NCBI GenBank assembly: GCA_002269645.1
Contig: NIVC01002635.1
Span: 158,994 to 206,307 of the forward strand
DNA length: 47,314 nt
Reading direction: 5' to 3'
DNA from: Macrostomum lignano
Taxonomy: Eukaryota
A program made the position numbers and the translations under genes. Position 1 is the first letter of the stretch. Each line of letters starts with the position of its first letter. A model generated the notes under the pieces. It saw only the letters and a list, made by a program, of their open reading frames with translations, had not been told where the DNA came from and searched no databases. Of the stretch, positions 28,801-41,110 are shown one piece after another.

Positions 28801-31335
28801 TGTGTGTTGGTGTGTCACTGACACAGTCACCAATGCATCCTGGTGTGTTGTTGGTGTGTCACTGACACAGTCACCAATGCATCCTGGTGTGTTGTTGGTG
28901 TGTCACTGACACAGTCACCAATGCATCCTGGGTGTGTTGTTGGTGTGTCACTGACACAGTCACCAATGCATCCTGGGTGTGTTGTTGGTGTGTCACTGAC
29001 ACAGTCACCAATGCATCCTGGGTGTGTTGTTGGTGTGTCACTGACACAGTCACCAATGCATCCTGGTGTGTTGTTGGTGTGTCACTGACACAGTCACCAA
29101 TGCATCCTGGGTGTGTTGTTGGTGTGTCACTGACACAGTCACCAATGCATCCTGGGTGTGTTGTTGGTGTGTCACTGACACAGTCACCAATGCATCCTGG
29201 GTGTGTTGTTGGTGTGTCACTGACACAGTCACCAATGCATCCTGGGTGTGTTGTTGGTGTGTCACTGACACAGTCACCAATGCATCCTGGGTGTGTTGTT
29301 GGTGTGTCACTGACACAGTCACCAATGCATCCTGGGTGTGTTGTTGGTGTGTCACTGACACAGTCACCAATGCATCCTGGGTGTGTTGTTGGTGTGTCAC
29401 TGACACAGTCACCAATGCATCCTGGGTGTGTGTTGGTGTGTCACTGACACAGTCACCAATGCATCCTGGGTGTGTTGTTGGTGTGTCACTGACACAGTCA
29501 CCAATGCATCCTGGGTGTGTTGTTGGTGTGTCACTGACACAGTCACCAATGCATCCTGGGTGTGTTGTTGGTGTGTCACTGACACAGTCACCAATGCATC
29601 CTGGGTGTGTGTTGGTGTGTCACTGACACAGTCACCAATGCATCCTGGGTGTGTTGTTGGTGTGTCACTGACACAGTCACCAATGCATCCTGGGTGTGTT
29701 GTTGGTGTGTCACTGACACAGTCACCAATGCATCCTGGGTGTGTTGTTGGTGTGTCACTGACACAGTCACCAATGCATCCTGGGTGTGTTGTTGGTGTGT
29801 CACTGACACAGTCACCAATGCATCCTGGGTGTGCTGTTGGTGTGTCACTGACACAGTCACCAATGCATCCTGGGTGTGTTGTTGGTGTGTCACTGACACA
29901 GTCACCAATGCATCCTGGGTGTGCTGTTGGTGTGTCACTGACACAGTCACCAATGCATCCTGGGTGTGTTGTTGGTGTGTCACTGACACAGTCACCAATG
30001 CATCCTGGGTGTGCTGTTGGTGTGTCACTGACACAGTCACCAATGCATCCTGGGTGTGCTGTTGGTGTGTCACTGACACAGTCACCAATGCATCCTGGGT
30101 GTGCTGTTGGTGTGTCACTGACACAGTCACCAATGCATCCTGGGTGTGTTGTTGGTGTGTCACTGACACAGTCACCAATGCATCCTGGGTGTGCTGTTGG
30201 TGTGTCACTGACACAGTCACCAATGCATCCTGGGTGTGCTGTTGGTGTGTCACTGACACAGTCACCAATGCATCCTGGGTGTGTTGTTGGTGTGTCACTG
30301 ACACAGTCACCAATGCATCCTGGGTGTGTTGTTGGTGTGTCACTGACACAGTCACCAATGCATCCTGGGTGTGTTGTTGGTGTGTCACTGACACAGTCAC
30401 CAATGCATCCTGGGTTTGCTGTTAGTGTGTCACTGACACAGTCACCAATGCATCCTGGGTATGCTGTTGGTGTGTCACTGACACAGTCACCAATGCATCC
30501 TGGGTGTGTTGTTGGTGTGTCACTGACACAGTCACCAATGCATCCTGGGTGTGTTGTTGGTGTGTCACTGACACAGTCACCAATGCATCCTGGGTGTGTT
30601 GTTGGTGTGTCACTGACACAGTCACCAATGCATCCTGGGTTGTGTTGGTGTGTCACTGACACAGTCACCAATGCATCCTGGATGTGTTGTTGGTGTGTCA
30701 CTGACACAGTCACCAATGCATCCTGGGTGTGCTGTTGGTGTGTCACTGACACAGTCACCAATGCATCCTGGATGTGTTTTTGGTGTGTCACTGACACAGT
30801 CACCAATGCATCCTGGGTGTGTTGTTGGTGTGTCACTGACACAGTCACCACTACATCCTGGGTGTGTTGTTGGTGTGTCACTGACACAGTCTCCAATGCA
30901 TCCTGGATGTGTTGTTGGTGTGTCACTGACACAGTCACCAATGCATCCTGGGTGTGTTGTTGGTGTGTCACTGACACAGTCTCCAATGCATCCTGGGTGT
31001 GCTGCTGGTGTGTCACTGACACAGTCTCCAATGCATCCTGGATGTGTTGTTGGTGTGTCACTGACACAGTCTCCAATGCATCCTGGGTGTGTTGTTGGTG
31101 TGTCACTGACACAGTCTCCAATGCATCCTGGGTGTGCTGTTGGTGTGTCACTGACACAGTCTCCAATGCATCCTGGATGTGTTGTTGGTGTGTCACTGAC
31201 ACAGTCACCAATGCATCCTGGGTGTGTTGTTGGTGTGTCACTGACACAGTCACCAATGCATCCTGGGTGTGTTGTTGGTGTGTCACTGACACAGTCTCCA
31301 ATGCATCCTGGGTGTGCTGCTGGTGTGTCACTGAG
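16869..31335. repeat. Large satellite array, 45-bp unit GTGTCACTGACACAGTCACCAATGCATCCTGGGTGTGTTGTTGGT, about 320 copies
   Basis: Direct reading of the period. 14467 bp / 45 gives about 321 units. No spacers. A degenerate first unit starts at 16869. Confidence 0.98.
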
Positions 31336-32044
31336 AATTACTGCGGTTTTCTGATGTCAAGGACACAAACTTTTTTCTTTTAAAAGTCTCTTCGATACTG
31401 GTAAGTACACTGTAAATTGGACTGTTCCTACAATAGCAATTTGCAATGCAATTAGTGCCAGCTTTAGTTGCCAGGCCAAATAGCTGCATCAAGATACTGG
31501 GCTCAATGCCTCCCGTCTGTGATATCTTTTACCAATTGATTGATTGAACGGCTAAGCAGGCTGATCTCTGGGATGGGATCAGACTCCAGACGCAGTGAGG
31601 CGTCCCTTCAACCCTCCCCATTCTCCATCGAGGCCAAATCCCAGAGGGGGGAAATAATTTCTTGGCCTGTAATTAAAAATAAATATGAAAAATTTTAGTC
31701 TAAATTCTTTTGGCATGCATTTTTTTATCGCCGACTCAACCGGAGGGCTGCGGGAGACACTTGGGAGAGGGGAATTATTGAGATAACAAAAAATGGGAAT
31801 TCAGAATATCAAGGGTGGAAACTGGCAAAGTCAACAAGTACCGACCGAGTACCGTTGGTTTTATAGTGCATTGCCGTATAGCTGAGCCGAATACTCGCAG
31901 CTCAGAATTGCACTGCATTCGGTAATAAATTATGCAGATCTTTGTGCGTAGCTTGCTTGTAGCGCCCTTGTCTGGGAGATTATTGGGGAAGTGTTAGACC
32001 TAATTGAGAGGGGGTTTGGGGAGAGTGAAGCGAAATAAGATGAA

Positions 32045-32595
32045 GGAGAGAGAGAGAAGGCAAATGAGATGCAGGGAGAGAGGGAGAGAGAAGGCAAAGG
32101 AGATGCAGGGAGAGAGGGAGAGAGAAGGCAAAGGAGACGCAGGGAGAGAGGGAGAGAGAAGGCAAAGGAGATGCAGGGAGAGAGGGAGAGAGAAGGCAAA
32201 GGAGACGCAGGGAGAGAGGGAGAGAGAAGGCAAATGAGATGAAGGGAGAGAGGGAGAGAGAAGGCAAAGGAGATGCAGGGAGAGAGGGAGAGAGAAGGCA
32301 AATGAGATGCAGGGAGAGAGGGAGAGAGAAGGCAAAGGAGATGCAGGCAGAGAGGGAGAGAGAAGGCAAATGAGATGAAGGGAGAGAGGGAGAGAGAAGG
32401 CAAAGGAGATGCAGGGAGAGAGGGAGAGAGAAGGCAAATGAGATGAAGGGAGAGAGGGAGAGAGAAGGCAAATGAGATGAAGGGAGAGATGGAGAGAGAA
32501 GGCAAAGGAGATGAAGGGAGAGAGGGAGAGAGAAGGCAAAGGAGATGCAGGGAGAGAGGGAGAGAGAAGGCAAATGAGATGAAGGGAGAGAGAGA
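32045..32595. repeat. 34-bp purine-rich minisatellite GGGAGAGAGGGAGAGAGAAGGCAAA(G/T)GAGATG(C/A)A
   Basis: Period measured as GCAGGG at 32105 and 32139. Confidence 0.92.
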
Positions 32596-33158
32596 TTGAA
32601 AATTTAATTCCCTCGTCGGCTGCAGCAGATGTTGCGAAGAGGGAATGGGAGGTGAAGTTAAAAGAAATTGAGTTGATAAGAGACAGAATAGCAGGCTATA
32701 GGAGAGAAAGAGATACAGGATTAAGAGACAGGCGCAAGCACCCATTCCAGTTAATTGCAGAGTTTCTCATTAAATCGCGAATACACCTGGAAACAGAGCA
32801 GTTTCCTCTTGCAAGTCAAATCCTCGAACTTGTATAATCAGCTGCCTTCCTTCATCAAACAGAAGTCACAGTCTCCGTATATCCGTTTAATTTTTAATGC
32901 GAGACGTGCTTGTTCTAGTCCGGACTTTTTCGATAATTAAACCTTCGACAGAGGAGAAATCAAATCCTGTTATTGAGTCAGATGTTTTTAAAAAAATACA
33001 ATTTTTTTAGAAAAACTTGCTTTTCAAAACAGAGAGCAGACAATATCCTAATGAAAATCCGTTTCTCTAAGGGCTTTTGTTGTCAAGGAAATTGACTGAC
33101 TCAAACAGCAAATAGCTTTATAGGGGGATTTAGGGGGAAAAATTTTTATTAATATTTT

Positions 33159-33288
33159 TCAAGCTGCGTTGCCAGGGCCAGTTTCCTTCTCGAGCCTGGA
33201 GCGCAGGTGAGAAAGAAGAATTTGAAAAACTGCTTCTAGGTGGCTGAAGTAGAATGGAAGCAGCTGGTAGTTGCGATTCTTGTTTAAT
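33159..33288 (-). CDS. Candidate terminal exon (LNKNRNYQLLPFYFSHLEAVFQILLSHLRSRLEKETGPGNAA*)
   Basis: Acceptor CTCTTGAAG|, open to TGA, AATAAA within about 10 nt after the stop. Phase-compatible with a 58-nt candidate exon at 34552-34609. No family recognised. Confidence 0.27.
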
Positions 33289-33336
33289 CTTCAAGAGCTG
33301 CTGGCGGCGAAATATTGACCTTGTTGAGCACTTTTT

Positions 33337-34397
33337 TGCAGACTTTGATTGCAGACTTTAATTATAGACTTTGATTGCAGACTCTGATTGCAAACTTTGA
33401 TTGCAGACTTTGATTGCAGACTTTGATTGCAGACTTTGATTGCAGAATTTTATTGCAGATTTAGGCTGCAGACTCTGATCGCAGACTCTGATTGCAGACT
33501 TTGATTGCAGACTTTGATTGCAGACTTTGATTGCAGACTTTGATTGCAGACTTTGGTTGCAGACTTTGGTTGCAGACTTTGATTGCAGACTTTGATTGCA
33601 GACTTTGATTGCAGACTTTGATTGCAGACTTTGATTGCAGACTTTGATTGCAGACTTTGGTTGCAGACTTTGATTGCAGAATTTTATTGCAGATTTAGGC
33701 TGCAGACTCTGATCGCAGACTCTGATTGCAGACTTTGATTGCAGACTTTGATTGCAGACTTTGATTGCAGACTTTGATTGCAGACTTTGGTTGCAGACTT
33801 TGGTTGCAGACTTTGATTGCAGACTTTGATTGCAGACTTTGGTTGCAGACTTTGATTGCAGAATTTTATTGCAGATTTAGGCTGCAGACTCTGATCGCAG
33901 ACTCTGATTGCAGACTTTGATTGCAGACTTTGATTGCAGACTTTGATTGCAGACTTTGATTGCAGACTTTGGTTGCAGACTTTGGTTGCAGACTTTGATT
34001 GCAGACTTTGATTGCAGACTTTGGTTGCAGACTTTGATTGCAGAATTTTATTGCAGATTTAGGCTGCAGACTCTGATCGCAGACTCTGATTATAGACTCT
34101 GATTGCAGACTTTGATTGCAGACTTTGATTGCAGACTTTGATTGCAGACTTTGATTGCAGACTTTGATTGCAGACTTTGATTGCAGACTTTGATTGCAAA
34201 CTCTGATTGCAGACTTTGATTGCAGACTTTGATTGCAGATCTTGATTGCAGACTTTGATTGCAGATCTTATTGCAAACTTTGATTGCAGACTTTGATTGC
34301 AGACTTTGATTGCAGACTTTTATTGCAGACTTTGATTGCAGACTTTGATTGCAGACTCTGATTGCAGACTTTGATTGCAGACTCTGATTGCAGACTT
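33337..34397. repeat. 13-bp minisatellite GCAGACTTTGATT with higher-order structure
   Basis: Direct reading; variant cassette recurs at 33445, 33679, 33861 and 34043. Confidence 0.95.
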
Positions 34398-34769
34398 CGA
34401 TGACTTCGAGAATCCCCTTAGCAACAAAATCTGAGTTGAATCAAACTAACCATGGAATCTACAGTTGGACTTTTAAATTTGTTATATATTGCTTTTTAAT
34501 AATTCAAGTCTGATAAACAGACAGACACGCACAGGTGGCTCAGGTACTCACCTGCAGTTGAAATATAGAGAAATCAGGTATAAAGTTTTCGGCTTACACC
34601 CGAGGACTGCTAAACTTTCAACTTTCCTGCTTCAAGGGAGAAACTTGAGCAAACATGAGAAATCTTGTTTGTGAAAGAAGAAGAGAAAAAAATGGGGAAA
34701 AGGAACAGTAAAGTGTAGGAGTGTTCTGGATTTGAAGAAGCAACTAAGAAGCTGAAGGCTCATTCTTAC

Positions 34770-34966
34770 CTATGGTTCCTCTTAGCTGTTCCTGCACTGG
34801 GATCACGAGCATCAGTAAGTCTATCCCCTTGGCTGCAGAGATCTCCCAGTATCCGTGACTTTTCTCGTCGTCCCGACTGCGGGCTTTGGCAAACAGGACA
34901 AAGTCAGGGGGATCTTGCAGGTTAGCAAACAGACCCCATGGAGCCGAACCCTTGGATGTAATTTTG
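34770..34966 (-). CDS. Candidate internal exon of an unidentified minus-strand gene (KITSKGSAPWGLFANLQDPPDFVLFAKARSRDDEKSHGYWEISAAKGIDLLMLVIPVQEQLRGTI)
   Basis: 65 open codons, strong donor ATAG|GTAAGA, moderate acceptor GAGTCAG| with upstream CTAAT. No family recognised; an open frame of this length can arise by chance. Confidence 0.3.
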
Positions 34967-35037
34967 CTGACTCAAGCCGGGGTTCCAGGCTCGTTTGAAT
35001 AATTTCATTAGATATTTGATAGACGAATTAATAGACG

Positions 35038-36962
35038 CTCTATAGAGACTGATTGGATATTCTATAGACCATGAATAGACATTCTATAAACCCAGAATAG
35101 ACACTGAATATACATTCTATAGACACTGCATCGACATTCTATAGATACTGAATAGACATTCTATAGACACTGAATATACATTCTATAGATACTGAATAGA
35201 CATTCTATAGACACTGAATATACATTCTATAGACACTGAATATACATTCTATAGACACTGAATATACATTCTATAGACACTGAATATACATTCTATAGAC
35301 ACTGAATATACATTCTATAGACACTGAATATACATTCTATAGATACTGAGTAGATATTCTATAGACACTGAATATACATTCTATAGATACTGAATATACA
35401 TTCTATAGACACTGAATAGATATTCTATAGACACTGAATATACATTCTAAAAACACTGCATCGACATTCTATAGATACTGAATAGACATTCTATAGACAC
35501 TGAATAGACATTCTATAGACACTGAATAGATATTTTATAGACCCTGAATAGACATTCTATAGAATCTGAACGGACGCTCTATAGACACTGAATAGACATT
35601 CTATAGACACTGAATAGACATTCTATAGACACTGAATAGACATTCTATAGACACTGAATAGGTATTCTATAGAATCTGAATAGAAGCCCTATAGCCACTG
35701 AAAAGACATCCTATAGTCCCTAAAGATAGATATTTTATAGACCCTGAATAGACATTCTATAGAATCTGAACGAACGCTCTGGAGACACTCACTAGACATT
35801 CTATAGACACTGAATAGATATTCTATGGACACTGAATTGATATTCCATAGACATTGAATTAGACATTCTATAGACACTGAATAGACATTCTATAGACACT
35901 GAAAAGACATTCTATAGATACCTAATAGACATTCTATAGACACTGAATAGACATTCTATAGACACTGACTAGACATTCTATAGACACTGAATAGATATTC
36001 TATAGACACTGACTAGACATTCTATAGACACTGACTAGACATTCTATAGACACTGAATAGATATTCTATAGACACTGAATAGACATTCTATAGACACTGA
36101 ATAGACATTCTATAGACACTGACTAGACATTCTATAGACACTGAATAGACATTCTATAGACACTGAATAGACATTCTATAGACACTGAATAGACATTCTA
36201 TACACACTAAATAGATATTCTTTAGACACTGAATATACATTCTATAGACACTGAATAGACATTCTATAGACACTGAATAGATATTCTATAGACACTGACT
36301 AGACATTCTATAGACACTGAATAGACATTCTATAGACACTGAATAGACATTCTATAGATACTGAATAGATATTCTATAGACACTGAATATACATTCTAAA
36401 AACACTGCATCGACATTCTATAGATACTGAATAGACATTCTATAGACACTGAATAGATATTCTATAGACACTCACTAGACATTCTATAGACACTGAATAG
36501 ACATTCTATAGACACTGAATAGACATTCTATAGACACTGAATAGATATTCTATAGACACTGAATATACATTCTAAAAACACTGCATCGACATTCTATAGA
36601 CACTGAATAGACATTCTATAGACACTGAATAGACATTCTATAGACACTCACTAGACATTCTATAGACACTGAATAGACATTATATAGACACTGAATAGAC
36701 ATTCTATAGACACTGAATAGATATTCTATAGACACTGAATATACTTTCTAAAAACACTGCATCGACATTCTATAGACACTGACTAGACATTCTATAGACA
36801 CTGAATAGACATTCTATAGACACTGAATAGACATTCTATAGACACTGAATAGACATTCTATAGACACTGAATAGACATTCTATAGACACTGAATAGATAT
36901 TCTATAGACACTCACTAGACATTCTATAGACACTGAATAGACATTCTATAGACACTGAATAG
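35038..36962. repeat. 22-bp minisatellite GACATTCTATAGACACTGAATA with higher-order structure
   Basis: Direct reading; variant CTAAAAACACTGCATCGAC at 35447, 36396, 36572 and 36748. Confidence 0.95.
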
Positions 36963-37287
36963 ATCAAAAAGAACTTTAGAGCTTCGACGAAAACTTTTCA
37001 GCACTGAATCCTTCAACCCTTCGCTTATCATGATATCCTTGATTCAATTTCAAATACCGTTTGGACTCTCCAGCCGAGGAGAAATCCGGTTAATCTCATC
37101 CGAGTCGCAGCCACCGCTTGAGTCTGCCGTTGGCCAGTTCTTTGCGGCAAACGTTCAGAAAGCAATTTAGTCTTGGAGTTTAGCGGGCCGAGATAACACA
37201 GTTATGCCCACTGATGGAGCTGATGGGTGATGAGGGATGCCAGCAGTGCAATAACCCGGGTGAGCAGAGTGCGCCATGAGAGGCAAG

Positions 37288-38225
<938 letters not shown>

Positions 38226-38724
38226 GTAGGTAGGTAGGTAGACAGGAGTTGCTGTATACTTAGTGTTGAGGCAAATAAATAGATAAGGTTTCCTTTACAA
38301 GCGCAATTGAGTCTGGGCTCGGCTTCACAAGTTGAGCTTGCTAGATTACTAGACGCAAGATGCTGCATCAAAGTGCTACGAATTGACTGCCCTTAAGACC
38401 ATAAATTTCTTTCTTATCTTCTTATCTGCCCAGCTCAGCATTGCTGTGAGACGGGAGCCTCGCTAGAAGCATTATCTTCTGCTTCTGTTTCCCCTCTTCA
38501 GCCCTCGTGGTTTTTTTCTGCTTCTCATATTTTTCGGATTTGTAAAATGTTTTTTCGTCTGGATGGTGCAGACTTCAATGCTGAGATTGTGGACAAAGCA
38601 CTGTTTTCGAACTGAAATTTTCAAGTGACCGGTACAGCTTTTGCAAAAGGGCGTTTGGTTTGCTTCTCCAGGAAATTGCTGTCACATTTTGCGAAATTGT
38701 CTGCTACAGGTATTCATAAAATAG

Positions 38725-39260
38725 GAGAAGATGAAGAGAGGGACAAGGGAGAGAGCAGAGAAGGGGAGCGAAAGCGTAGAGGGAGGCTGAGGGAGAGAGT
38801 GGGGGAGGGAGATGGAGTGAAGGAGAGAGGGAGAGGTAGAGAGGCAGAGGGAGAGAGGGAGAGGTAGAGAGGCAGAGGGAGAGAGGGAGAGGGAGAGGGA
38901 GAGAGGGAGAGGGAGAGAGGGAGAGGGAGAGAGGCAGAGGGAGAGAGAGAGGGAGAGGGAGAGAGGCAGAGGGAGAGAGGGAGAGAGGGAGGGAGAGAGG
39001 GAGAGGGAAAGAGGGAGAGGGAGAGAGGGAGAGGGAGAGAGAGAGGGAGAGAGAGAGGGAGAGGGAGAGAGAGAGAGGGAGAGAGAGAGGGAGAGGGAGA
39101 GAGGGAGAGGGGGAGAGGGCAGATAGAGGAAGAGATGGGGAGAGGGAGAGAAAAAGAAAACGAGAGAAGGAGAGGGGGAGAAAGAGAGAGAAAGAGAGAG
39201 AGGGAGAGTGAGAGAGAGAGGGAGGGAGAAGAGAGAGAGAGAGGGGGACAGAGGGAGAGG
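38725..39260. repeat. GA-rich low-complexity polypurine tract, (GAGGGA)n-like
   Basis: Direct reading; almost purely purine on the + strand. Confidence 0.9.
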
Positions 39261-40577
39261 GCTTTATCTTGTTACAAAGGCTATATTTTTTCAAGGCGGA
39301 GTCCAACCATAGATCAATTCTTCGAAAACAATTAGTTATTAGAAGCGTCGTCAAGTTTATTTTAAAGAACTAAATATACTAACTGAACCCTGCACTGAAG
39401 TTAAACGAAATTAAATTTGCCGCTAAAATCGTGCCTGTCGCTTTTTTCTATCCAAATTAATTTCGACACCAGCGCTCATGCTTGCTTGCTTTCTGAGCTC
39501 GTGGGCTCAATTAGATTGTAAGATTTTGAATGCCTCGCAGTATTTCGTGACAAAATTAAATGACTTTTTAATTAAAATTTTTGACCAGACAAGCCGGGTC
39601 TTGTCGTGACTTATCTGAACTGTCGAAAGAAAGAATCATCCCATGGCTTCCTAACCTGTGTGTGCTCCATTTTTCTAACTCAATTCGGCTTTTAAGCCTA
39701 TGGGAAGTTAAAATGGGGAAGAAAAAACCAGGTAAGATTTTTAACAGATAAGAAATGAATTTGAGAATATTTGGTGGGGAGGACTTGCTTGCAGTATCCA
39801 CTAATAAACTTCCTTTTTTAAACTAAAAAATCCCAAATATTGCAGGATTGCAAGGATTTTTCCGGCAGGCGACTTCCGCCTGGTCACGGCATGTGCAGAT
39901 GAAGAATGAAGACAGCATCTCGATCGCGCGGGCTTTCAGTGGTGAGGGGAAAGGGAGGAGAGATGAGAACAATCTGACAGCGAACATGCAGCATCGCTGC
40001 AGCACGCCCGCTTTTAAATCCTCATATAGTTGGAGCACATGCTCGTTTGGACCAGAGAGAGAGGATCCGCACTGCTGTTTGTGGGGAATATTTGCACTTC
40101 CTTAACCCACACTCCTACGCACACAGCACAGTGGTCAAGCAAATCCCCTTCAGTGCAACTCATATAGTCGCCTCTCTTGTTCCTACAGTATGCTGATTTC
40201 TGCAGTCTCTTGCTGTGCTTCATCTCCTAGTAGCTATAGACGAGCTAATGGGCCAATGTTTGCCTCTGTTGGGGTGGTTAACTTCCCTTCAAATCCATTT
40301 GGCCTCTTTCCCTGGCCTGATCGCATCATCCCCTTTTTAGACCAATGCGTGCATATGCATATTGGTGAAAAACTTAAGAAACCATGCATGTATTTACATG
40401 TATATAAATCAAAGCATATCTAATTCCTTATAGTCACTCTTGCAGTGTTTGATCATCATTGCATGGTAAGGCTCACTGTAGAAGAAAGGACGTCAGTACA
40501 GAGACATGTACACTTGTACACAAGGATCTTTACTAGGAGCGTGTTATTATAGCTAAAATAAATTTGGAATTTATATA

Positions 40578-40620
40578 CGAGGTCGGCAAACTCCGCCTAG
40601 AGGGCCAGGGCCACATGCGG
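40578..40620 (+). mobile_element. Possible degenerate left terminus of a Charlie/hAT-type MITE
   Basis: GAGGTCGGCAAACT...GAGGGCCA.GGCCACATGCGG resembles, from memory, CAGGGGTCGGCAAAC...GGGCCACA termini. No partner end or TSD located. Confidence 0.2.
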
Positions 40621-41034
40621 TTTTTCTATCGGGCAACTAACGACGGAAACTTTATTAATTAAGCGACCATAAAATGTCTCGTAATTAGTATAGTATAGGC
40701 AGCTAGGTTGACATGCAGATCATGAAACACACAGTTTAGTAGACCCAGTAAAAAGGCTAATTCCTTTACCTAAAGCACCTACTGATACATGTACTGATAC
40801 ATGTATATGCTTGGACAGGACTGCGAGTCATTCAGAGCTGATATGCAGGGATTCACAATTGAGGGAATTTTTCGTGACTCTATAGCTATGATAGGATCAT
40901 CGCTTATTCATTTCAATTTTCGAAATTCATTTTGCATTTTTTATATATTAGGGCTAAACTAGCTAATGGTCGAACTTGACTGCTTGAAGAAACGATCGAA
41001 TTTGGAATTTATGATTCTTTTCCTCGTTCTCGTC

Positions 41035-41110
41035 TCCCGTCTCTCTCTCTCTCTCTCTTCCTTCTTTTCATTTCTCTTCCCTCTCTCCTTCTTCCTTTCT
41101 CTCTGTCTCT
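41035..41110. repeat. (CT)n / polypyrimidine tract about 0.6 kb upstream of the synaptogyrin ATG
   Basis: Direct reading. Confidence 0.8.

Noticed and set aside
16869-31335. CRISPR-like array (palindromic repeat of CRISPR-like size)
   Set aside because: Units are head-to-tail with no unique spacers, there are no cas genes, and the context is a spliced eukaryotic locus.
16949-31383. Dozens of long ORFs (up to 846 aa; VTVSVTHQQHTQDAL, CCWCVTDTVTNASWV, GVSLTQSPMHPGCVV repeats)
   Set aside because: The 45-bp unit is a multiple of 3 and lacks stops in several frames on both strands. Frames switch at single-base indels, so these are satellite artefacts rather than a mucin- or metallothionein-like gene.
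32755-32940. LYNQLPSFIK resembling the C-terminus of non-LTR retrotransposon ORF2
   Set aside because: It is an isolated short similarity with no upstream RT remnants and no poly(A) or tail repeat.
34546-34577. Recursive-splicing-like site on the minus strand (CTGAT branch, pyrimidine tract, CAG|GTGAGT)
   Set aside because: It fits the AG|GT motif, but it is equally explained as the donor of the 58-nt candidate exon. No long host intron is demonstrated, so it is not claimed.
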